Positions 26,684 through 32,000 of a stretch of DNA of 32,000 bases are shown one piece after another; within the stretch, counting starts at the first letter, position 1; each line of letters begins with the position of its first letter. Source of the DNA: Persephonella marina EX-H1 (GTDB lineage: Bacteria > Aquificota > Aquificia > Aquificales > Hydrogenothermaceae). The stretch spans positions 1,858,373 to 1,890,372 of the forward strand of contig NC_012440.1 in NCBI RefSeq assembly GCF_000021565.1. Direction: 5' to 3'. The position numbers and the translations under genes were made by a program. The notes under the pieces were generated by a model that had not been told where the DNA came from, did no database searches, and was given only the letters and a program-made list of their open reading frames with translations.

Positions 26684-27089
26684 GTTTCTGAACTATCTCC
26701 TCCTTCTTTTCTTCTATCTTTTTTATCTTTCCACCTTTAACCTTAAGAGATCCTTCAAAAACACCTTTAGGCTCAATCAGTATCTGGTTGTAGTGTATTT
26801 CCCCAACAAACTTTCCACCTTCAAGAATCTCAACAATATTACAGTCAGCATTCCCATCAACAAAACCTTTAACTATGATCTTATCAGCAGTAATAACACC
26901 TTTAACCTTTCCGCTTTTACCAACCGTTACTATACCTTCACAGGATATATTACCTTCAACATAACCATCAATATGAACGGAACCTGAGAACCTAAGCTCA
27001 CCTCTGATCTGCGATCCTTCACTTATTATAGTTGTCTTAGAACTGCTAACTGGTAATCTCTCGTTATCGCCCTTATTAAAGATTCCCAT
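26667..27089 (-). CDS. Bactofilin (polymer-forming cytoskeletal protein)
   Basis: TTIISEGSQIRGELRFSGSVHIDGYVEGNISCEGIVTVGKSGKVKGVITADKIIVKGFVDGNADCNIVEILEGGKFVGEI (beta-helix repeats). Confidence 0.93.
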   Translation of the reverse strand: MGIFNKGDNERLPVSSSKTTIISEGSQIRGELRFSGSVHIDGYVEGNISCEGIVTVGKSGKVKGVITADKIIVKGFVDGNADCNIVEILEGGKFVGEIHYNQILIEPKGVFEGSLKVKGGKIKKIEEKKEEIVQKHEAVQ

Positions 27090-27919
27090 TGCACATGCCT
27101 CTCTTTTTCAAAGATTTTTTTGTAATCAAGTTTTTTCCACCTTATAAAATTGACAGGATTTAAAGGTCTTTGCAAGTATCTTATCTCATAATGGAGGTGA
27201 GGACCATTTATAAGACCTGTTCTTCCTGTATATCCGATAAGCTGTCCCTTTTCTATAAACTGGCCTGTTTTTACCTTTATCCTGCTCAGATGTCCGTAAA
27301 GTGTTTTAAACCCGTAGTTATGCTGAATTATTATAAGCTTCCCATAATTTCCCTTTCTCCCAGCATACTCAACTATCCCGTTAGCTGTTGCATAAACAGG
27401 GGTTCCGATCTTTGCCCTGAGATCAACACCTGGATGAAAATCCCTATTACCGTTAACAGGATGTTTCCTGTACCCAAATCTGCTTGTTATTACTGTCTCC
27501 CTCAGTGGAGAGCCATTTGGAACATTCTTAAAAAGAAAGTATATCTGTGATGTTGTAAGTGATACCTTTACTATCCTGTCAGATATATCAATATCCTCTT
27601 CAGGCTTCAGACCCATCATCTCTTCAATATTTTCAAGTTTTACCGAAAGCTGCTGGAGTTCTGCGGTTTTTTTATCTATATTCAGTTTTAGATCTATATT
27701 CTCAAGTATAAGCTGCCGGTTTTTCTTCATAAGCTCCTGCTTTTTCCTGTCAAGCTCGCTCACCTGGTAGTACAGGTACAGAATAACAGCAGAGCTTAAA
27801 AGTATGAAAAGAACAAGAAAAGCTGAAAAATATATGAAAAACTTTTTTACAAACTGTTTTAATGTGTACTGCTTAACACCATTTACATCATGAATTGTTA
27901 TCGTAAATCTGTCTCTCAT
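27026..27919 (-). CDS. Membrane-anchored M23-family metallopeptidase (murein endopeptidase)
   Basis: N-terminal TM segment and coiled coil; VITSRFGYRKHPVNGNRDFHPGVDLRAKIGTPVYATANGIVEYAG, YGHLSRIKVKTGQFIEKGQLIGYTGRTGLINGPHLHYEIRY. Confidence 0.95.
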   Translation of the reverse strand: MRDRFTITIHDVNGVKQYTLKQFVKKFFIYFSAFLVLFILLSSAVILYLYYQVSELDRKKQELMKKNRQLILENIDLKLNIDKKTAELQQLSVKLENIEEMMGLKPEEDIDISDRIVKVSLTTSQIYFLFKNVPNGSPLRETVITSRFGYRKHPVNGNRDFHPGVDLRAKIGTPVYATANGIVEYAGRKGNYGKLIIIQHNYGFKTLYGHLSRIKVKTGQFIEKGQLIGYTGRTGLINGPHLHYEIRYLQRPLNPVNFIRWKKLDYKKIFEKERHVQWESLIRAITRDYQLAVLRQL

Positions 27920-27921
27920 GA

Positions 27922-29034
27922 TTAGTTCTGCTGTTTTTCAGCGGCACGCCATTTAAGGTAGCTCTCAATAAACGGATCTATATCTCCATCCATAACAGCC
28001 TGTATATTCCCCGTCTCATAACCTGTTCTGAGATCTTTTACCATCTGGTAAGGCTGGAACACGTATGATCTTATCTGGCTTCCCCATGATATATCCTTCT
28101 TCTCACCTTCAAGCTCCTTCTGTTTTTCCTTCTGCTTCTCAAGCTCATACTGGTAGAGTTTTGCCTTTAACATCTGGAGTGCCTTCGCTCTGTTCTGGAT
28201 CTGTGATCTCTCGCTCTGGCAAGATACTGTTATACCTGTAGGTATGTGGACTATCCTCACAGCTGAGTCTGTTGTGTTAACATGCTGTCCGCCAGCACCT
28301 GAAGCCCTGAATGTGTCTATCCTGAGATCTTCCTCTTTTATCTCAACCTTCACCTCATCACCTATCTCAGGTATTACTGATACTGCTGAGAAAGATGTAT
28401 GTCTTCTTTTGTTTGCATCAAAAGGTGAAATTCTTACAAGTCTGTGAACTCCCTGTTCTCCTTTAAGGTATCCGTATGCGTAAGGGCCTTTTACTATAAA
28501 TGTTGCACTTTTTATCCCTGCAACATCATCAGGCTGATAATCAACCATCTCCACATCAAAGCCGTTCTTCTCAGCCCATCTGAGATACATTCTGAGGAGC
28601 ATCTCCGTCCAGTCACAGGCCTCAACACCACCTGAGCCTGCCTGGAGTGTGACTATAGCATTTTTCATATCGTACTCTTCAGAAAGGAGGCTTGCTGTTT
28701 CAAGTTTTGTTATCTCTTTATCTAATGCTTCTATCTCCCTTTTTATCTCATCTTCTGTCTCCTTGTCGTACTCAAGCTCGAGGAGTTCTATAAACTCCTT
28801 TATATCATTTATCTTTTTCTCTACAGACTCTATCTCCTGTATCTTGTTTGCTATAGCATTTCTCTTTGATGATATCTCCTGAGCCTTCTTTGTGTCATTC
28901 CAGAAATCAGGTCTTCCCATCTCCTGATCAAGTTTAAAAAGTTCTCCCCTTAAAGATTCAGGATCAAGTATCTCCTTTATATTATTAAACTTATTTTCAA
29001 GCTGCTCTAACTTTTCCTTAAACTCCATTATCAT
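27922..29034 (-). CDS. prfB: Peptide chain release factor 2, encoded as one continuous ORF
   Basis: [19 protein letters not shown] (SPF motif), [21 protein letters not shown] (GGQ), and N-terminal [13 protein letters not shown]. Confidence 0.97.
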   Translation of the reverse strand: MIMEFKEKLEQLENKFNNIKEILDPESLRGELFKLDQEMGRPDFWNDTKKAQEISSKRNAIANKIQEIESVEKKINDIKEFIELLELEYDKETEDEIKREIEALDKEITKLETASLLSEEYDMKNAIVTLQAGSGGVEACDWTEMLLRMYLRWAEKNGFDVEMVDYQPDDVAGIKSATFIVKGPYAYGYLKGEQGVHRLVRISPFDANKRRHTSFSAVSVIPEIGDEVKVEIKEEDLRIDTFRASGAGGQHVNTTDSAVRIVHIPTGITVSCQSERSQIQNRAKALQMLKAKLYQYELEKQKEKQKELEGEKKDISWGSQIRSYVFQPYQMVKDLRTGYETGNIQAVMDGDIDPFIESYLKWRAAEKQQN

Positions 29035-29112
29035 CTTTAATCACCTTCCTTTTTCTCCCGCTATATTTTATATCTTTTACAGGAAATCTCAAGGATAAAA
29101 AAAGATTATATA

Positions 29113-29502
29113 TCAATTATTTGGCTGGGGTGGATTCATATAAGCTGTTAAAAATCCTGCTGAAACAACAAGCGGTATAACTATTATAACAGTAACAAGA
29201 GCTGCAAAGAAAACTGTGATGATAGTTCTTATCCAGCTCTCATTAAATGTCAGTTTGGCTATAAAAACCTGTATAATCAGGCCAACAAGTACAGATAGAC
29301 CGAATGCTGCTATTCCCTTAAAATCAGGAGCTGCAAACTTAAGTAGTGCCCTTGTAGCTCCTATACCAACATATGCAAAAAGTGTGACAAGAAATGAGTA
29401 CTTAAAAGATGGTCTTTTGAATAGAGAAAGCTTGGATGAATACCAGAATGAAAAACTTCCAGCCACAAGAACTATCGCCGAAAGAACAAAAACCTCTACC
29501 AT
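29113..29502 (-). CDS. Small integral membrane protein (about 4 TM helices), unknown function
   Basis: Four hydrophobic segments: VFVLSAIVLVAGSFSFW, YSFLVTLFAYVGIG, IAAFGLSVLVGLIIQVFIA, TIITVFFAALVTVIIVIPLVVSAGF. Confidence 0.75.
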   Translation of the reverse strand: MVEVFVLSAIVLVAGSFSFWYSSKLSLFKRPSFKYSFLVTLFAYVGIGATRALLKFAAPDFKGIAAFGLSVLVGLIIQVFIAKLTFNESWIRTIITVFFAALVTVIIVIPLVVSAGFLTAYMNPPQPNN

Positions 29503-29514
29503 TTTCTCACCTTC

Positions 29515-30696
29515 CTAAAGTTTGTATCTCTCACTGGAGTATGGGAGTATCTCAAGACCTTTTAAATGGGGATTTTCCACATTTTTATGCTGTATAAGAA
29601 CCTTAAACTTCTCACCCATACCTTTTGGCAGAACAAGTGTTTTCAGTCTGTTCAGCCTCTCGTAAGACTCATAATCTCCCTTCTCCTGCAGCTGAGCAAA
29701 GATATCCATAAGACCAAGGTTTGTAAGAAAGTGTGCCTGATCTGTAAATCCTGTCAGCTCAAGTCCTGCTATTTTTCCGTAGTAGTTAAGTGCTGAGAAA
29801 TTAACATGCGATGTTATATCCTGCATACCGACATTTTCGTAGTAGTTCTCAGAGTATCTGTGTTTGTAGTAACACAGAAGCGTTCCTTTCATCCTGTAGT
29901 ATTTGTAAAGCTCAGCAGATGGATAACCGTAATCTATCGTTATAACGTAACCTTTTTTCAGCTTTTTCCCTATCTTCTGGATATAATCTGCAGCATCAAG
30001 ATTTATCTCTGTTGTCATTCCCTCAGGTATGTTTATATTGAGCTCCTTCAGGTATCTGATTATATCCTCAGATGGATCTTTAAGTATCTCCTTCACATTG
30101 TCATCCTGATCCACAGTTATATAGATCTCGTATATCTTCCCATTTATCTTTCTTATCAGATGAACAGGGAAAGAGTCAAAAAGCTCATTTGAGAAAATAA
30201 CGCCTGTTATACTCTCATCCTCAAAATCTATTATGTCCTGAACCCATCTGACATTATCAAAACTCTTCAGTATCTCCTTCTGGAGATTAACATGGTAAGG
30301 TGATTTTTCAATAATGATATACTCAGAATTTCTGTAAACATCTTCAAAATTGGCTCTTAAGAAGTTCAGTATATCGTAGGCGAGATATCCTTTCCCTGCC
30401 CCTATCTCAACTATCTGGAAATTTTTTTCACCCAACTTCTGGTATATCTCAACAAACTGTTTTCCAAGAAGCTCTCCAAAAGCTTTATCAAGTTCTGAAG
30501 CTGTAAAAAAATCACCATATCCACCTATCTTTGCCTTAGGAGAGGTGTAATATCCAAGTTCAGGATAGTAAAGGGCTATATCCATAAAATCCCTGAATGA
30601 TATTGAACCTTCCTTCTTTATCCTGTTCTTAATGATATTCACAAGCTGTTGTTTACCTGTCAGTTTCATCATCTGTATCATCTTATAGAATTTCAC
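29515..30696 (-). CDS. SAM-dependent methyltransferase, MidA/NDUFAF7 family (COG1565-like)
   Basis: GSISFRDFMDIALYYPELGYYTSPKAKIGGYGDFFTASELDKAFGELLGKQF, IVEIGAGKGYLAYDIL, GVIFSNELFDSFPVHLI, YVITIDYGYPSAELY. Confidence 0.92.
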   Translation of the reverse strand: MKFYKMIQMMKLTGKQQLVNIIKNRIKKEGSISFRDFMDIALYYPELGYYTSPKAKIGGYGDFFTASELDKAFGELLGKQFVEIYQKLGEKNFQIVEIGAGKGYLAYDILNFLRANFEDVYRNSEYIIIEKSPYHVNLQKEILKSFDNVRWVQDIIDFEDESITGVIFSNELFDSFPVHLIRKINGKIYEIYITVDQDDNVKEILKDPSEDIIRYLKELNINIPEGMTTEINLDAADYIQKIGKKLKKGYVITIDYGYPSAELYKYYRMKGTLLCYYKHRYSENYYENVGMQDITSHVNFSALNYYGKIAGLELTGFTDQAHFLTNLGLMDIFAQLQEKGDYESYERLNRLKTLVLPKGMGEKFKVLIQHKNVENPHLKGLEILPYSSERYKL

Positions 30697-30739
30697 CTCT
30701 CAAAATTATAGATTAATTTTCAAAAAAGGGGGAAGGGAT

Positions 30740-31048
30740 ATGCTTATAATACAGATCATACTCTTTATTCTAACAGATATATCTTTCTCCCTTGAAAAAG
30801 CTGTTATTCAGAAAAAGCCAGATCATATACATATAAAGTCTGAGGTAATCCCAGACTATAAAAATAAAAAAATCAAAAAATACAGAAAGAGTAAAAGGGA
30901 GAAGTATTATATAACAAAGGAAAATGGAAAGATATACCACAGACCTTCATGCAGGTTTGCGAAGAGGATAAAAAATAAGGTAAAGATCAAAAGTATAAGA
31001 TCAGCAAAAAGGAAAGGTCTTCGTCCATGCAAAGTATGTAAGCCATAG
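30740..31048 (+). CDS. Small exported protein with a C-terminal Ada-type zinc-binding-like motif
   Basis: Signal-peptide-like MLIIQIILFILTDISFS. C-terminal KYYITKENGKIYHRPSCRFAKRIKNKVKIKSIRSAKRKGLRPCKVCKP resembles the Ada metal-binding fold (H-x2-SC ... PCxxC). Confidence 0.8.
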   Translation: MLIIQIILFILTDISFSLEKAVIQKKPDHIHIKSEVIPDYKNKKIKKYRKSKREKYYITKENGKIYHRPSCRFAKRIKNKVKIKSIRSAKRKGLRPCKVCKP

Positions 31049-31058
31049 ATCTGTGTTG

Positions 31059-31064
31059 TATAAT
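31059..31064 (+). promoter_or_regulatory. Possible -10 box for glmS
   Basis: TATAAT in TTGTATAATTAAAA, 29 nt upstream of the glmS ATG. The -35 match is weak. Confidence 0.4.
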
Positions 31065-31092
31065 TAAAAACCAAAAACTCAGAGGGACAATC

Positions 31093-32000
31093 ATGTGCGG
31101 AATTATAGGATATATAGGAAAAAGGAATGCTGTTCCTGTCCTGCTTTATGGTCTTCAGAGACTTGAGTATAGAGGATACGACTCTGCAGGTATATCTGTA
31201 ATAGATAAAACCGGAAACAAGATCATTGTAGAGAAACAGGTTGGTAAGATAAAAGATCTTCAGGAACATCTCTGGAACAAAAAGATAGAAGGCCATATAG
31301 GCGTGGGTCACTCGCGATGGGCCACACACGGCAGTCCGACCATTGAAAATGCTCATCCCCACACAAGCCAGAAAGGAACAATATCTATAGTCCACAACGG
31401 GATAATAGAGAACTACCTTGAGCTGAAAAAGGAGCTTATCGAAAAAGGATACAGATTCAGATCAGAGACAGACACAGAGGTTATAGCCCATCTTTTTGAG
31501 GATTTTTACACCGGAGATCTTCTTGAGACAGCCTTAAAGGTTGCAAAAAAACTTGACGGAGCTTATGCGGTAGGAGTCATATCAACATACGAGCCTGACA
31601 GGATTATCGCCATAAAAAAGGGAAGTCCACTTATCATAGGTCTTGGAAAAGATGAGAACTTTATAGCATCAGACATTCCGGCAGTTTTAGAGTACACAAA
31701 AGATTTTATAGCACTTGAGGATGGAGAGATAGCACTTGTAACAAAGGATAATGTAGAGATCTACAATCTTGAAGGAAAAAAACTAAACAAAAAACCGTTC
31801 CATGTAACATGGGATGTATCTGTTGCTGAAAAAGCCGGATACAAACATTTTATGCAGAAGGAGATACACGAACAGCCGAGAACTATCGGAGACACAATAA
31901 CAGGATTCTTATCATCAAAGGATGAAGACCTTTACAGAATGATAAAAGATACAGACAAACTTTATATAATAGCCTGTGGAACATCATACCACGCTGCACT
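31093..32000 (+). CDS. glmS: Glucosamine-6-phosphate synthase, 5' part (continues past the right edge)
   Basis: ATG at 31093 gives MCGIIGYIGKRNAVPVLLYGLQRLEYRGYDSAGI...HSRWATHGSPTIENAHPH...IVHNGIIENY...SETDTEVIAH. No stop before the window end, which is why the track omits it. Confidence 0.98.
   Translation, partial: MCGIIGYIGKRNAVPVLLYGLQRLEYRGYDSAGISVIDKTGNKIIVEKQVGKIKDLQEHLWNKKIEGHIGVGHSRWATHGSPTIENAHPHTSQKGTISIVHNGIIENYLELKKELIEKGYRFRSETDTEVIAHLFEDFYTGDLLETALKVAKKLDGAYAVGVISTYEPDRIIAIKKGSPLIIGLGKDENFIASDIPAVLEYTKDFIALEDGEIALVTKDNVEIYNLEGKKLNKKPFHVTWDVSVAEKAGYKHFMQKEIHEQPRTIGDTITGFLSSKDEDLYRMIKDTDKLYIIACGTSYHAA

Noticed and set aside
31049-31092. Possible glmS ribozyme/riboswitch upstream of glmS
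   Set aside because: Only 44 nt lie between the preceding stop and the glmS ATG. This is far too short for the ribozyme core.
30907-31395. 162-aa minus-strand ORF across the start of glmS
   Set aside because: Antisense to the confident glmS N-terminus and part of the 30740 ORF. No recognisable domain.

Overview
The window reads as an ordinary, densely packed bacterial chromosome segment, with no gap or mobile island I can recognise. Its AT-rich AGA/ATA codon usage and protein flavour suggest Aquificota (Persephonella/Hydrogenothermaceae-like); this is inference. Confident housekeeping genes are valS (5' end), argG, mtaB-like, ybeY, phoH-like, rimM, tolQ/tolR-like, ribF, recX, pilT, recA, gatC, topA, queC, bactofilin, M23 peptidase, prfB, a MidA-like methyltransferase and glmS (5' end). 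I see no tRNA, rRNA, CRISPR array, transposase, phage or defence genes. The best candidate for an under-described system is the envelope cluster at about 8.0-14.15 kb. It holds a CsgG-family lipoprotein with a probable FlgT-C-like tail, a 624-aa exported protein combining a LamG/concanavalin-like N-terminus with LPP20/FlgT-like regions, three small LPP20-like lipoproteins and a MltC-like transglycosylase, with no curli subunits. Other points worth following up are a cysteine-free TopA whose zinc-finger tail is replaced by a helical domain, a possible plus-strand sRNA/terminator with a C-rich (anti-SD-like) motif between gatC and topA, an exported thioredoxin-fold protein without cysteines, and a 934-aa exported TPR protein encoded with TolQ/TolR-like genes.
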